Positions 38,922 through 49,263 of a stretch of 64,000 bases of DNA are shown here, in pieces. Source of the DNA: a candidate division TA06 bacterium 32_111 (lineage in GTDB: Bacteria > Hydrothermota > 32-111); assembly GCA_001508335.1 (NCBI GenBank), contig LGFX01000003.1, positions 75,500-139,499 of the forward strand, given 5' to 3'. Numbering within the stretch: the first letter of the stretch is position 1; each line of letters opens with the position of its first letter. The translations under genes and the position numbers were made by a program. The notes beneath the pieces were generated by a model, which ran no database searches, was not told the origin of the DNA, and saw nothing but the letters and a program-made list of their open reading frames with translations.

Positions 38922-39962
38922 ATGAAAGAATTAAAAGAGGTTTTAAAAATTTTAACAGAATCTATCGGTCCTTCTGGGATGGAAGAAAAAAGTTTTGAAA
39001 GCATAAAAAAGATTCTTGAAGGTGAAGAGAATTTAACGGTTTCCCGTGACAAGATGGGAAACATTGTAATTTTTAGAAAGGGAGACAGAGAAGGAAAAAT
39101 CGGTTTTTTCACTCACAACGACGAAATAGGACTTATCGTTACAAAAATTGATGGAGATTACCTTAGATTTACATCTGTTGGGGGTTACGATGAAAAAGTT
39201 TTACTTGGACAGGAAGTTACCGTTTACGGTGAAAAGGTTGTAAGTGGTATTATTGGTGCGACACCACCACATTTACAAAAGGCTGGTGAAAGTAATAAGT
39301 TGTTGAAATATGAAGACTTATATATTGATCTCGCTATGAAAAACAACGAACTTAAAAGGTATTTTAAAATTGGTGATAGAATAATTTTGAAGAGTGAGTT
39401 CACAGAGTTGAAAAACGATTTCGTATGTTGTAAGTCTGTAGATAACAGGGGTTCTGCAACTGCGATTATAAATATTTTAAACCATATTAAAAATTTAAAA
39501 AATATTCCAGATTTATATTTTGTTTTGAACTCTCAAGAGGAAACTACTATGGTTGGAAGTTTAACTGCAGCGTACTCTATAAATCCAGATATTGCTGTAG
39601 TGGTTGATGTAACTTTCGCAAAGCAACCTGGGGTTGAGAATGGGATTTCTTACGATGCTATAGGGATTGGAAGAGGTGCTCATATATGTTCTAACCTATG
39701 TGATTATATTGTTGAACTAGCAAAAAGGGAGAACATAAAGTACGAAATTGAGGCTGTTCCACAACATTCTGGAACGGATGCTTATGCTGTTCAGACCGCG
39801 AGAGGAGGAATAAAGACTCTACTTCTCTCTATCCCTATAAAAAACATGCACTCTCCAAGAGAGATAGTAAATGTTAAAACAATAGATAAAATTTCAAAGT
39901 TACTATCCTTATTTGTTTCTGAAGTTGAGTTTGAAAAGTATGGTGAAAAAATTATAAAATGA
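38922..39962 (+). CDS. M42-family aminopeptidase (paralog 1)
   Basis: HNDEIG, DNR, QEE, VDVT, GTDA, MHSP. Confidence 0.9.
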   Translation: MKELKEVLKILTESIGPSGMEEKSFESIKKILEGEENLTVSRDKMGNIVIFRKGDREGKIGFFTHNDEIGLIVTKIDGDYLRFTSVGGYDEKVLLGQEVTVYGEKVVSGIIGATPPHLQKAGESNKLLKYEDLYIDLAMKNNELKRYFKIGDRIILKSEFTELKNDFVCCKSVDNRGSATAIINILNHIKNLKNIPDLYFVLNSQEETTMVGSLTAAYSINPDIAVVVDVTFAKQPGVENGISYDAIGIGRGAHICSNLCDYIVELAKRENIKYEIEAVPQHSGTDAYAVQTARGGIKTLLLSIPIKNMHSPREIVNVKTIDKISKLLSLFVSEVEFEKYGEKIIK

Positions 39963-39972
39963 GGGAGATATT

Positions 39973-40977
39973 ATGATTTTAAAAAATTTAAGTGAAGGTT
40001 TTGGACCCTCTGGAAATGAGAGTGAGGTAAGGGATTTTATAATTGAAACTATAAAAGATCATGTTGATTCCTTGAAGATAGATAGGATGGGAAACATAAT
40101 TGCTTACAAAAAAGGAAAAAGTAAAAAGAGTAAGAAGGTTTTACTCGGCGCACATATGGATGAAGTTGGTTTTATGATAAAATCAATAGAAGAGAGTGGT
40201 ATTCTTAAATTTTTACCTGCTGGTGGTATAGACAAAAGGGTTGTCATAGGAAAAAATGTTTTGATAGGAAAAGATAAGGTAAAAGGTGTTATCTGTTACA
40301 AACCTGTTCATCTTCAGAGAAAGGATTATAACAATATTCCAGATTTTAACTCACTTGTTATAGATATTGGTTCAACCGAAAAGAAGGATGCTGAAAAGTA
40401 TGTATCCGTTGGTGATTATGCTGTTTTTGACACCAAGTTTGAAAAGAGGGGAAATATAATTAAAGGGAAATCTTTCGATGATAGATTAGGTTGTGCTGCC
40501 ATAATAGAGATTTTAAAGGAAAGGTATGAAAACGATATCTATGGGGTTTTTTTCGTTCAGGAAGAGGTTGGTCTTAGGGGTTCAAAAGCGTCAGTTTTCA
40601 ACATTCCTTCAGATTATGCCATAGTTCTTGAAGGAACATCTGCTGCCGATATGCCTCATTCTAAGGATGAACCTGATTATCCAAAGATGGGTGAGGGTGT
40701 TGTTTTAACCATTTCAGACAGATCTCTTTTCGTTGATAAAGAACTTTTTAGAGAAACCGTATCATGTGCAAAAGAGAACAGGATAAAATATCAGTTCAAA
40801 CAACCTATGGTTGGTGGAACCGATGGGGGAGAGATTCATAAATCGAGAGAGGGAGTAAAAACTATAGTTTTTGCTGTTCCTTCAAGATATATACATTCTC
40901 CAGTCTCTTTTGCTGATTTAAGGGATTACAGATCGATGATAGATTTAACAAAGAAACTTTTAAACAAATTAAAATAG
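39973..40977 (+). CDS. M42-family aminopeptidase (paralog 2)
   Basis: AHMDEVG, DDRLG, QEEVGLRG, GGTDG, RYIHSP. Confidence 0.93.
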   Translation: MILKNLSEGFGPSGNESEVRDFIIETIKDHVDSLKIDRMGNIIAYKKGKSKKSKKVLLGAHMDEVGFMIKSIEESGILKFLPAGGIDKRVVIGKNVLIGKDKVKGVICYKPVHLQRKDYNNIPDFNSLVIDIGSTEKKDAEKYVSVGDYAVFDTKFEKRGNIIKGKSFDDRLGCAAIIEILKERYENDIYGVFFVQEEVGLRGSKASVFNIPSDYAIVLEGTSAADMPHSKDEPDYPKMGEGVVLTISDRSLFVDKELFRETVSCAKENRIKYQFKQPMVGGTDGGEIHKSREGVKTIVFAVPSRYIHSPVSFADLRDYRSMIDLTKKLLNKLK

Positions 40978-40985
40978 GGGTAAAA

Positions 40986-41993
40986 ATGAAAAATTTAGTA
41001 AAAGATTTAACATCTATTATAGGTCCTTCCTCTTATGAGGAGCCAGTAGTTGATTATATTGAAAAGAGTTTAAAAGGAAAAAAGAATCTTGAAATAAAAA
41101 AGGATACTTTGGGTAACCTTATAGTTAGAAAGAAAGGCAAAGGAAAAAAAATAATGGTTGCAGCGCATATGGATGAAATTGGTTTTATAGTAAAACATAT
41201 AGATAAAAACGGTTTTATAAGATTTGCGGTTGTTGGAGGGCTTTTCCCACATAACATAATTGAAAACCATGTTCTTTTCGTTAATGGAGTTGAGGGTGTT
41301 ATAGGTTATGAGAGTAAAAATTTCAACTGGCAAAACATTCCAAAAATAGATGAAATGTTTATAGATATCGGCGCAAAGGATAAAAAGGATGCTGAGAAAA
41401 AAGTTAACATAGGTCTTCTCGGTGCAATGAAACCAACATTTGTAGATCTTGGAAAAAGGATTTCAACAAAATCTTTGGATGATAGGATAGGATGCGCTAT
41501 TTTACTCCAACTTGCACTTGATGATTTTGAAACTGATAACGATATATACTATGTTTTCACAACTCAGGAAGAGGTTGGTCTTAGGGGAGCAAAAACTTCG
41601 GCATTCTCAGTATCTCCTGATTTTGCTATAGCTGTTGATGTCACAGGGACAGGTGATACACCTGAAACTCACATTATGGAAGTTAAACTTGGAGAAGGTC
41701 CTGCAATAAAGGTTCTTGACAGTGGAATGGTTGTTCGTAAACCAGTTATAGATTTCATGGTAGATGTTGCGAAGAAAAATAAAATTCCATATCAGCTTGA
41801 AATATTGAAAGGTGGAACAACTGATGGAATGATGATTCAGACAAACAAAGAAGGTGTTTTAACTGGAGTAGTCTCCGTTCCAACAAGATATATACATTCT
41901 CAGGCGGAGATGTGTGATATGGATGATGTAGAAAACAGTGTTAAACTTATAAAAGAGATTTTAAAGTTTGATATATCAAAGAGAGGGTTTTAA
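40986..41993 (+). CDS. M42-family aminopeptidase (paralog 3)
   Basis: AHMDEIG, DDRIG, QEEVGLRG, AVDVT, RYIHS. Confidence 0.93.
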   Translation: MKNLVKDLTSIIGPSSYEEPVVDYIEKSLKGKKNLEIKKDTLGNLIVRKKGKGKKIMVAAHMDEIGFIVKHIDKNGFIRFAVVGGLFPHNIIENHVLFVNGVEGVIGYESKNFNWQNIPKIDEMFIDIGAKDKKDAEKKVNIGLLGAMKPTFVDLGKRISTKSLDDRIGCAILLQLALDDFETDNDIYYVFTTQEEVGLRGAKTSAFSVSPDFAIAVDVTGTGDTPETHIMEVKLGEGPAIKVLDSGMVVRKPVIDFMVDVAKKNKIPYQLEILKGGTTDGMMIQTNKEGVLTGVVSVPTRYIHSQAEMCDMDDVENSVKLIKEILKFDISKRGF

Positions 41994-41995
41994 AG

Positions 41996-42754
41996 TTGAA
42001 GAGAAAAATCACTCTTATATACATAAGTTCAGACGGTAAAGATAAAAGAGAGTTTTTAATCTCTACAACTCTTCTGAAAATCATTGTTGGGCTCATCTCC
42101 TTTATTATTGTCTCTATTATTTTAAGTTTTATTTTTATTTCCACAGTTTACTACGATGCTTTGCAGAAAAAGAATTATGAGAATAAAGTTAGATATATGG
42201 AAAACGAGATTAAAAAATTGGAGGAGTTAAAATCTGACATAAAAGATTTATATGAAAAGAATGAGAAGATTAGAGAACTTTTAGGTATAGATTTACAGAA
42301 CAAAATTTTAAAATCTCATTCTAATGATATTTCAAAAGCAAAGTTTGAAATGGCAAAAGTAGATGCTGATTCTTTAAAAGAGTACAACGAACTAAAACCT
42401 GATATAAATCCTGTTGAAGGTGTTGTATCAAGATCTTTTTCAAAAGATCATCCTGCTATAGATATTGCATGCGACCTTGGAACTATGGTTGTTTCAACTA
42501 TAGATGGAAAGGTTGATAAAACGGGATGGGATCAAACTTTTGGGAATTATGTTAAAATAAAGAATAATAAATTTTCTATATTTTATGGGCACCTTCAAAA
42601 AGTTTTAGTTAAAATGGGACAAACAATAAAAAAGAGCGAGATAGTTGGAACCGTTGGTAGTACTGGTAAATCTTCTGCACCACATCTACATTATGAAATT
42701 ATGATGGATTCAGTTTACTACGATCCTATGCAGTTTGTTAATTTAAATAACTAA
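41996..42754 (+). CDS. Membrane-anchored M23-family peptidoglycan endopeptidase
   Basis: TM, coiled coil, HPAID, YGHL, GSTGKSSAPHLHYE. Confidence 0.9.
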   Translation: MKRKITLIYISSDGKDKREFLISTTLLKIIVGLISFIIVSIILSFIFISTVYYDALQKKNYENKVRYMENEIKKLEELKSDIKDLYEKNEKIRELLGIDLQNKILKSHSNDISKAKFEMAKVDADSLKEYNELKPDINPVEGVVSRSFSKDHPAIDIACDLGTMVVSTIDGKVDKTGWDQTFGNYVKIKNNKFSIFYGHLQKVLVKMGQTIKKSEIVGTVGSTGKSSAPHLHYEIMMDSVYYDPMQFVNLNN

Positions 42755-42769
42755 ATAAAGGAGTTTTTT

Positions 42770-43144
42770 ATGGAAAAGAACCAATCTGGAATAAACAACA
42801 TAATCGGAGAGGGTACACATATCTCTGGAAAAATTTTTGTTCCAGGATCCATGAGAGTAGATGGTCAGATTGATGGGGAAATGACAGTTTCTGAAATGTT
42901 AACGGTTGGTAAAAGTGGAAATTTAAAGGGAACTATTAACACAAAAGATGCTGTTATAGGTGGAATAGTTGATGGGAAACTGGTTGTTAAAAATAGGATT
43001 GAACTTCAAAAAACGGCAAAAGTCAACATAGATCTTGTTTGTAAATATCTTATAGTTGAAGAAGGTGTTGTTTTTGATGGAACCTGCTCTATGTCAAAGC
43101 AGGAACTTTTTGATAAAGGTACAAAAGGCAAAAATGAACAGTAA
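42770..43144 (+). CDS. Bactofilin (polymer-forming cytoskeletal protein)
   Basis: IIGEGTHISGKI...RVDGQIDG...IVEEGVVFDGTCSM. Confidence 0.92.
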   Translation: MEKNQSGINNIIGEGTHISGKIFVPGSMRVDGQIDGEMTVSEMLTVGKSGNLKGTINTKDAVIGGIVDGKLVVKNRIELQKTAKVNIDLVCKYLIVEEGVVFDGTCSMSKQELFDKGTKGKNEQ

Positions 43145-43945
43145 GTGAAAAGAGTATATTTTTTTCTTTTAACTATTTTTTTATTATTATCTTGCGGTAA
43201 AAAACTTCCTCCTCCATCTCCAGATAGAATAAAACCTACAGTTAAAAATATATATTTTTTTCAGGATGGAAAGATAAAGATTGAAACCTCAGAGAAAGTA
43301 TCATCTTTAGATTCTATAAAGGTTGGATATGACGACACGACAAAAAATGAAAAGTTTTATATTGATGGTAAAAATATTTTTTTATGGTATGATCAAACTA
43401 AAAATGTTTTAAAAGTTGATATATTTTCTATTTCTGATCTTAACGGTAACAAAAATAATATAAAAGATTTGAAAGTTAAGGGAGAGAAATTAAAAGATAC
43501 AGTTCCCCCAAAAATTTTAAAAAGTTCTCAGAATGATACTCTAATAACTATTTTATTTTCAGAAAATGTTAAAGAAATTTTTTTCAAAATATTTCCAGAT
43601 GATGTCGTTTATAAAGAGAGTTTGTTTGATGAGAAACTTGTATTGAAAATGAATAATGATAATATCATCCAGATGGTTATTGATAGTATATGTGATTTAT
43701 CCGGGAATATTGAGAATGATAGGTGGGAGAATTATTTTTTTACCGATAAATTGGAGGAAAAGTTTTCTTTAAAATTGAAAACTGATAAAATATCGAAAAA
43801 ATTTATTCTTCTTGATATGGATGGAAAAATTTTAAGGGAAAATATTTCTGACAACAACGGGATAATTTCTTTTCTCTATCTTAAAAGGGGAAGGTATACT
43901 GTAAAAGGGGAAGATTTTATAAAAGACACCCTTATTCTTGAATAA
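43145..43945 (+). CDS. Lipoprotein with Ig-like domains
   Basis: LLLSCGKKLPPPSPD lipobox; DTVPPKI, ILFSENV, DLNGN/DLSGN. Confidence 0.65.
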   Translation: MKRVYFFLLTIFLLLSCGKKLPPPSPDRIKPTVKNIYFFQDGKIKIETSEKVSSLDSIKVGYDDTTKNEKFYIDGKNIFLWYDQTKNVLKVDIFSISDLNGNKNNIKDLKVKGEKLKDTVPPKILKSSQNDTLITILFSENVKEIFFKIFPDDVVYKESLFDEKLVLKMNNDNIIQMVIDSICDLSGNIENDRWENYFFTDKLEEKFSLKLKTDKISKKFILLDMDGKILRENISDNNGIISFLYLKRGRYTVKGEDFIKDTLILE

Positions 43946-43970
43946 AAGGGGAGAGATCTCCCCTTTTATT
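43941..43970. terminator. Bidirectional intrinsic terminator
   Basis: AATAAAAGGGGAG-AGAT-CTCCCCTTTTATT between convergent operons. Confidence 0.9.
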
Positions 43971-43973
43971 ATT

Positions 43974-44513
43974 TTAATAGTTTTCAACAAAAAGTTCAAA
44001 ATACGCTTTTGGATGTTTACAAACAGGGCATATATCTGGTGCTTCAGAACCCTCATGGATATGTCCACAGTTTCTGCATTTCCAGTAAACCTTCTTTGCC
44101 CTTTTGAAAACTACCTGTTTTTCAATATTTTCCAGCAATTTTCTATACCTTTTTTCATGGTCTTTTTCAACTGAACCAATTTTTTCAAACATGTCGGCTA
44201 TCTCTTCAAATCCCTCTTCTCTTGCTATTTTCGCCATCTCTGGATACATTGTTGTTGTTTCGTAATTTTCACCTTCAGCTGCTGCTTTTAAATTTTCAAT
44301 AGTGTTACCGATACCTGAAAGAGCTTTGAAATGCAATTTTGCATGTTCCTTTTCGTTATCTGCCGTCTCCTGAAATATTGCAGAAATCTGTTCATACCCT
44401 TCTTTTTTAGCAACGGAAGCAAAGTATGTGTATTTGTTCCTTGCCATAGATTCGCCAGCGAACGCCTCCCATAAATTCTTTTCAGTTTTTGTTCCTTTTA
44501 AACTTTTTTTCAT
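43974..44513 (-). CDS. rbr: Rubrerythrin
   Basis: AFAGESMARNKY, NEKEHA, EKDHE, WKCRNCG...CPVC. Confidence 0.96.
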   Translation of the reverse strand: MKKSLKGTKTEKNLWEAFAGESMARNKYTYFASVAKKEGYEQISAIFQETADNEKEHAKLHFKALSGIGNTIENLKAAAEGENYETTTMYPEMAKIAREEGFEEIADMFEKIGSVEKDHEKRYRKLLENIEKQVVFKRAKKVYWKCRNCGHIHEGSEAPDICPVCKHPKAYFELFVENY

Positions 44514-44899
44514 TTAACCTCCTTTGCCCAAAGCATGTGTATATTGCAGAACTCTCTAACTTCTTTAACATCCGATAAACTGACATCAAATATTGCTTCT
44601 GGTTTTTCTCCAGGTTTGAACTCATGTCTTAAAACCTTTTTATCTGTTAGAACCTCAACAAAAACTATGTAATGTTTCTCTTCCATAGGATGTTCAACAG
44701 AACCGATTTTTACTTTTATCTTTCCACCAAGATCCTCAATTACTGGAAGATGTTTTTCAACACCTGTATCCTCTTTTTTTGCTTCAAGTTTTACCATAGG
44801 TTTATTACAACAGACAAGCATGGTCATACCAGTGTTAACAACTTCAACAACATTCCCACAAACTTCACATCTGTAAAGTTCTCTCATTTGTGTTTTCAT
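44510..44899 (-). CDS. dfx: Desulfoferrodoxin (2Fe superoxide reductase)
   Basis: YRCEVCGN, VCC, EKHLP, HPMEEKHYI, CNIH. Confidence 0.95.
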   Translation of the reverse strand: MKTQMRELYRCEVCGNVVEVVNTGMTMLVCCNKPMVKLEAKKEDTGVEKHLPVIEDLGGKIKVKIGSVEHPMEEKHYIVFVEVLTDKKVLRHEFKPGEKPEAIFDVSLSDVKEVREFCNIHMLWAKEVK

Positions 44900-44908
44900 A
44901 ATACCTCC

Positions 44909-45397
44909 TTATTCTCTTTTGCCAAGTTCGTTGTTAAGCATAAAAAGAGCGTTCGATGAATCTTTAATTTTTTCAAGCAATGAAACTATCTTCAAAAAAG
45001 AATCTTCCTCTTCAACCTGTTCATCAACATACCATTTCAAAAATGATTCTGATGCATAATCGTTCTCTTTTTTTGCAAGTTCCATAAGGTTGTTTATGTT
45101 TTTCGTAACAGTCAACTCATGCTCATAGGCGTATTTGAAAGTATCGAGAGGGGATTTGAAATCATTTTTAGGTTGCTGTATAGGTTGTAATACAACTTTT
45201 GCTCCCCTTTCGTAAAGATGGTTGAAAAATTTCATAGCATGGGTGTGTTCTTCCCTTGCTTGAACTTCAATCCAATGAGCAAAACCATCAAGGTTCTCTC
45301 CCTTAAAATATGCAGCCATCTGAAGGTAAAGATATTCAGAGAAAAGTTCCCTCTGAATCTGATCGTTAATCTCTTTTACCATTTTTTCGCTTATCAT
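44909..45397 (-). CDS. Non-heme ferritin
   Basis: ELFSEYLY, EEHTHA, EHE, WYVDEQVEEE. Confidence 0.95.
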   Translation of the reverse strand: MISEKMVKEINDQIQRELFSEYLYLQMAAYFKGENLDGFAHWIEVQAREEHTHAMKFFNHLYERGAKVVLQPIQQPKNDFKSPLDTFKYAYEHELTVTKNINNLMELAKKENDYASESFLKWYVDEQVEEEDSFLKIVSLLEKIKDSSNALFMLNNELGKRE

Positions 45398-46560
45398 GAT
45401 AAACTCCTTTTTATATTGTTTTTTAAATTTTCAATATTTTCCTCTTTTGGTATATATTGAATTTTTTCTTCAAGAAAAACTCTGTTTGAATACTTTTCAA
45501 GATTTTCTTTTATTATTTTTGTTCCCTCTCCTCCCCATCCATACGATCCAAAGACAAGGAACTTTTTATTTTTTGGATTCAAACCAAGAAGGTAGGTTAA
45601 AAAACCTGATACGGATGGAAGAGGTTGTTTGTTTAAAGTTGGAGTTCCAATTCCTATTATTGAAGAATCAAGAATTTCGGTCATTATATCTGAAATATGG
45701 TTTGTTTTTAGAGGCATAAAAACAACCTCATAACCTTCATTCTCAAAAAACTCATAATACTTTTTTGCCATTATTTCGGTTGAACCCCACATAGTGTCAT
45801 AAACGATAACTACTTTTTTCTTTGAAGGATCTTTTGACCAGTTTTGATATTCTTTTAAAATATCTGAAACATTTTCTTTCCAAACAATTCCATGACTTGG
45901 AGCAATTATTTTTATTTCAAGATCCTTTAAAAGGTTTAAAGCTGTTTGTACCTGTTGAGAGTATGGTAAAACTATATTAGCATAATATTTTTTTGCCTGA
46001 TATATTATCTCATCCAAAGGGTTTTCGAAGTCGAATCTGTAAAAGGATGAGTAATGTTGACCAAAAGCATCATTTGAGAATAAAATTTTTCTGTTTTCCA
46101 AATAGGTTACCATATTGTCTGGCCAATGAACCATCGGTGTTTGAAAGAATATCAGGTTATCTTTACCTATACTTAATCTATCTTTCGTTTTAATTACTTT
46201 GATGTTAAGGTCATCTCCATAATGTGCTTTTAATCCTTTTTCACCCTGAGGATTTGTAATTATTTTTGCATTCTTTGCTATTTTTAAAATTTTTGGTAAG
46301 GAGCCTGAATGGTCCATCTCAACATGGTTAACAACTATATAATCTATCTTAGAAGGGTCAACAACATCTTTAATCCTTTCAAGAAACTCATCAAAAAGAT
46401 AATGTTTGACAGTATCTATAAGAGTAATCTTTTCATCTATGATAAGATATGAGTTGTAAGTTGAACCCCTTTCTGTTGTATAGCCGTGGAAATCTCTAAG
46501 CGACCAATCTATTCCACCAACCCAGAAAATGTTTTCATCGATCTTGAAACTTTTCATCAA
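45394..46560 (-). CDS. fprA: Flavodiiron protein FprA
   Basis: [31 protein letters not shown]; flavodoxin TMWGST, GSYGWGG. Confidence 0.95.
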   Translation of the reverse strand: MMKSFKIDENIFWVGGIDWSLRDFHGYTTERGSTYNSYLIIDEKITLIDTVKHYLFDEFLERIKDVVDPSKIDYIVVNHVEMDHSGSLPKILKIAKNAKIITNPQGEKGLKAHYGDDLNIKVIKTKDRLSIGKDNLIFFQTPMVHWPDNMVTYLENRKILFSNDAFGQHYSSFYRFDFENPLDEIIYQAKKYYANIVLPYSQQVQTALNLLKDLEIKIIAPSHGIVWKENVSDILKEYQNWSKDPSKKKVVIVYDTMWGSTEIMAKKYYEFFENEGYEVVFMPLKTNHISDIMTEILDSSIIGIGTPTLNKQPLPSVSGFLTYLLGLNPKNKKFLVFGSYGWGGEGTKIIKENLEKYSNRVFLEEKIQYIPKEENIENLKNNIKRSLS

Positions 46561-47258
46561 CTCTCCTTTATGAAATCAGATTTTGAAGCACCACAAACTG
46601 GGCAAACCCAAGTATCAGGTAAATTTTCAAAAGGTGTTCCAGGTTCTATGCCATTATCAGGATCACCAACTTGAGGATCGTAGACATATCCACAAACCTC
46701 ACATTTGTATTTTTCCATCTTTTCCTCCTTTTTTATAACATTTTCAACTTTTTCTTCAACATATGTTGGAGCGTTCTTTTGAGTTTTACCCTTTTTAACA
46801 TCATGGTAAAAAGCGTATGTCATTGGCTGTTGTTTATCATCAACGATAAAAGAGTCAACTAGTTCGCCTATGAAAAGGGTGTGAGTTGAAAGGTCAAATT
46901 TATCAACTACTTTAAACTCCAAAACAGCAACAGAGAAATCTTTTACTATTGGAGCACTTGTAACTCCTTTTTCATACTTTATATTTTCAAACTTGTTTAT
47001 CTCCCTTCCACTTTTAAAACCGAAATTACCTATAAACTGTAAAGGTGTTTGTTCTGATAAAACAGAAACTGAAAAATTTTTTCCTTTATCAATGAACTGA
47101 TGAGTGTAATTGTTTTTGTTTATACTTATTGCAACTGTTATAGGTTCAGAAGTTATCTGAAATACCGTGTTTGCAATCTGCCCGTTAACTTTCTCTCCAT
47201 CAGAAGAACAAACAAGGTAAACACCATAAGATAATTTAAAAAGTGCTTTCGTATCCAA
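46557..47258 (-). CDS. Flavin reductase-rubredoxin fusion (high-molecular-weight rubredoxin)
   Basis: KLSYGVY, FGFKSGR, THTLFIG; C-terminal [12 protein letters not shown]...WVCPVCG. Confidence 0.92.
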   Translation of the reverse strand: MDTKALFKLSYGVYLVCSSDGEKVNGQIANTVFQITSEPITVAISINKNNYTHQFIDKGKNFSVSVLSEQTPLQFIGNFGFKSGREINKFENIKYEKGVTSAPIVKDFSVAVLEFKVVDKFDLSTHTLFIGELVDSFIVDDKQQPMTYAFYHDVKKGKTQKNAPTYVEEKVENVIKKEEKMEKYKCEVCGYVYDPQVGDPDNGIEPGTPFENLPDTWVCPVCGASKSDFIKES

Positions 47259-47266
47259 TCTTCCTC

Positions 47267-47683
47267 CTATCTACAATTTTTACAAACTCCATAAATATAC
47301 TTTTCTGTATAAAATTTTTTAAACCCCTCGCCGATATTGGAATCATTTTCTTCACTGATTTTAAGATCATAAATTTTTCCACATTTTATACATTTGAAAT
47401 GTGAATGTGGAGAAGTATCGATATCGTATCTGGCAAAATCTTTCTCTATACCTATTGTTTTAACTATACCTTTCTCAACAAAAAGTTTTAAAGTGTTGTA
47501 TACGGTTGTTTTAGATAGTGTAAGAATCTCAGAAGAGAGATCTCTATAGATATCTTCGACGGAAGGGTGTGTTCTATTTAAAAGGAGATATTCTAAAATT
47601 TTTATTCTCTGAAAGGATGGAGATATTCCCTTCTCTTCCAATAGTTTTAAAATACTATGATAATCAACTTTTTTTATATTCAT
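47267..47683 (-). CDS. perR: Fur-family regulator, PerR-like
   Basis: [33 protein letters not shown]; oxidative-stress context and Per boxes. Confidence 0.8.
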   Translation of the reverse strand: MNIKKVDYHSILKLLEEKGISPSFQRIKILEYLLLNRTHPSVEDIYRDLSSEILTLSKTTVYNTLKLFVEKGIVKTIGIEKDFARYDIDTSPHSHFKCIKCGKIYDLKISEENDSNIGEGFKKFYTEKYIYGVCKNCR

Positions 47684-48318
47684 TTAAAAATAAAACCTCT
47701 CTCTTTGTACCATAATACAAAATCGAGATGTTCCAAAGGAATGTTAAGTTTTTTCGAAAATTTTCTCATATCTTCCTCAATTTCTATATACCTTTTTCTT
47801 GAAATGGAAGAAGGTATATTTTTTATTATATAATATTCTTTTAAGTTTTTCAATATATGTCTATCAAGTATAGCGAGATCCTTCCCATAACCAATGTTTC
47901 TCAAAAAATGTGTAGCTTCTTTATAACCCATACCTTTAACATTTTTTACGAGGAACTCTCTTTTATCGAAATTACTTTCAATCTTTTTGAGTTCTTCAAA
48001 AAAATTTTCCTTAGAAAATTTTTCATTGTAAAAATGGTGAATATACTTTGATTTATTGTTTGGAAACCTAACCCCATAAAGACAACCTTTTATTTTCTCT
48101 TTCTCGTTTAACACCCTTTCTCCTTCCTCTTTTATCCGTTCAACAGAACTCCAGCATAAGGTAGCTTTCGATTGAGGGGTCAAAAGACAGAAAAAAAGTT
48201 CATATAAAAGTTCCATATCAGTCATATTTTTTCCATTTCTTTCAAATTCTTTAATCCTTTTAACTATGTCTTTTTTGATTTTTTTGTAGATTTTTAAAAG
48301 TTCGACATTTTTTTTCAT
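47680..48318 (-). CDS. ogg: 8-oxoguanine DNA glycosylase/AP lyase (Ogg2 type)
   Basis: ELFFCLLT, VRFPNNKS, VKGMGYKEATHFLRNIG, AILDRHIL, LWY. Confidence 0.92.
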   Translation of the reverse strand: MKKNVELLKIYKKIKKDIVKRIKEFERNGKNMTDMELLYELFFCLLTPQSKATLCWSSVERIKEEGERVLNEKEKIKGCLYGVRFPNNKSKYIHHFYNEKFSKENFFEELKKIESNFDKREFLVKNVKGMGYKEATHFLRNIGYGKDLAILDRHILKNLKEYYIIKNIPSSISRKRYIEIEEDMRKFSKKLNIPLEHLDFVLWYKERGFIFK

Positions 48319-48327
48319 ATTTCAAAA

Positions 48328-48380
48328 TTATAATTATTACAACTTTAAAATAATTATAATTTAATTTTTGAAATTGTCAA
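48328..48380 (-). promoter_or_regulatory. Promoter with two tandem PerR boxes
   Basis: TTATAATTATTACAA (48328-48342) and TTAAAATAATTATAA (48345-48359), each one mismatch from TTATAATNATTATAA; TTGACA (48380-48375), 16 nt, TATAAT (48358-48353). Confidence 0.75.
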
Positions 48381-48381
48381 G

Positions 48382-49263
48382 TTATTTTATGTGAGGGTGA
48401 TGTGCAACCAATCTCAATTTATCTTTTAAAACTTTAATGTAAAATCTTTTTCCTTTCACAAACTGTCCATCTATCTGACCTTTCAGTTCCTCTTTTGTTT
48501 CAATAATTATTTCATCAATTCTTTGCATTATAACCCTTCTATCATCTTTATGTTTCTTTAGAAGAACTTTTAGAAGATAGTAAGGCTTTAAATAGAATGG
48601 AACGTGTTTTATAAGACATATATCAAGTTTATCATCATCAGGCTTCGCATCTGGAGTTAAAAAGAATCCTCCTCCAACTGCCTTTCCGTTACTTATACAT
48701 GTTATATAAAATTTATCCTTTAAAACTTCCTCTTTATCTATTTTTATCTTTACTTTAGGTGGTTTATAGGTGAAAAGTTTCAACAAAACGAAAACCATAT
48801 ATGCGAATAGTCCTTTAAGTTTTAGTTTTTTTCTATCCATCTCTTCAATAACTTCCCCATCAAAACCGATCCCTATAGCGTTTACACCAATTTTTTCGTT
48901 AATTGAAAAAAGGTTGAGGTTTGAAAATTTTTCTGTTGTGAACAGTTCTTTTAAAGAGAGAAGGTTTATAGATTTTATGAAGTCGTTTCCAGTTCCAGTG
49001 CTTATGAATCTAACAGGATAATTCAAAGGGTACATTCCGTTGACAATCTCATTTAAAGTTCCATCACCACCTATTACAACAAGATCTGTAAAATCCTCTG
49101 AGAGCCACTCTTTTAAATTTCTTTGAGCGTCAAATTTTTCTTTAGTGTATTTGATGATAAAATCGATCTGAAGTTCTTTTAAAACTTTCTCTACCTGGTT
49201 TAAAATTTTTAAACCTCTCCCTTTTCCTGCCTGGGGATTGATAATAACAAGATATTTTTTCAT
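48382..49263 (-). CDS. Diacylglycerol kinase family (YegS/DagK) lipid kinase
   Basis: IINPQAG, GGDGTLNEIVNG, GTGNDF, GIGFDG, GGG, QIDG. Confidence 0.93.
   Translation of the reverse strand: MKKYLVIINPQAGKGRGLKILNQVEKVLKELQIDFIIKYTKEKFDAQRNLKEWLSEDFTDLVVIGGDGTLNEIVNGMYPLNYPVRFISTGTGNDFIKSINLLSLKELFTTEKFSNLNLFSINEKIGVNAIGIGFDGEVIEEMDRKKLKLKGLFAYMVFVLLKLFTYKPPKVKIKIDKEEVLKDKFYITCISNGKAVGGGFFLTPDAKPDDDKLDICLIKHVPFYLKPYYLLKVLLKKHKDDRRVIMQRIDEIIIETKEELKGQIDGQFVKGKRFYIKVLKDKLRLVAHHPHIK

Noticed and set aside
40557..41587. 24-nt exact direct repeat TCAGGAAGAGGTTGGTCTTAGGGG (40557-40580 and 41564-41587)
   Set aside because: Encodes the conserved QEEVGLRG motif of paralogous M42 peptidases; coding constraint explains it
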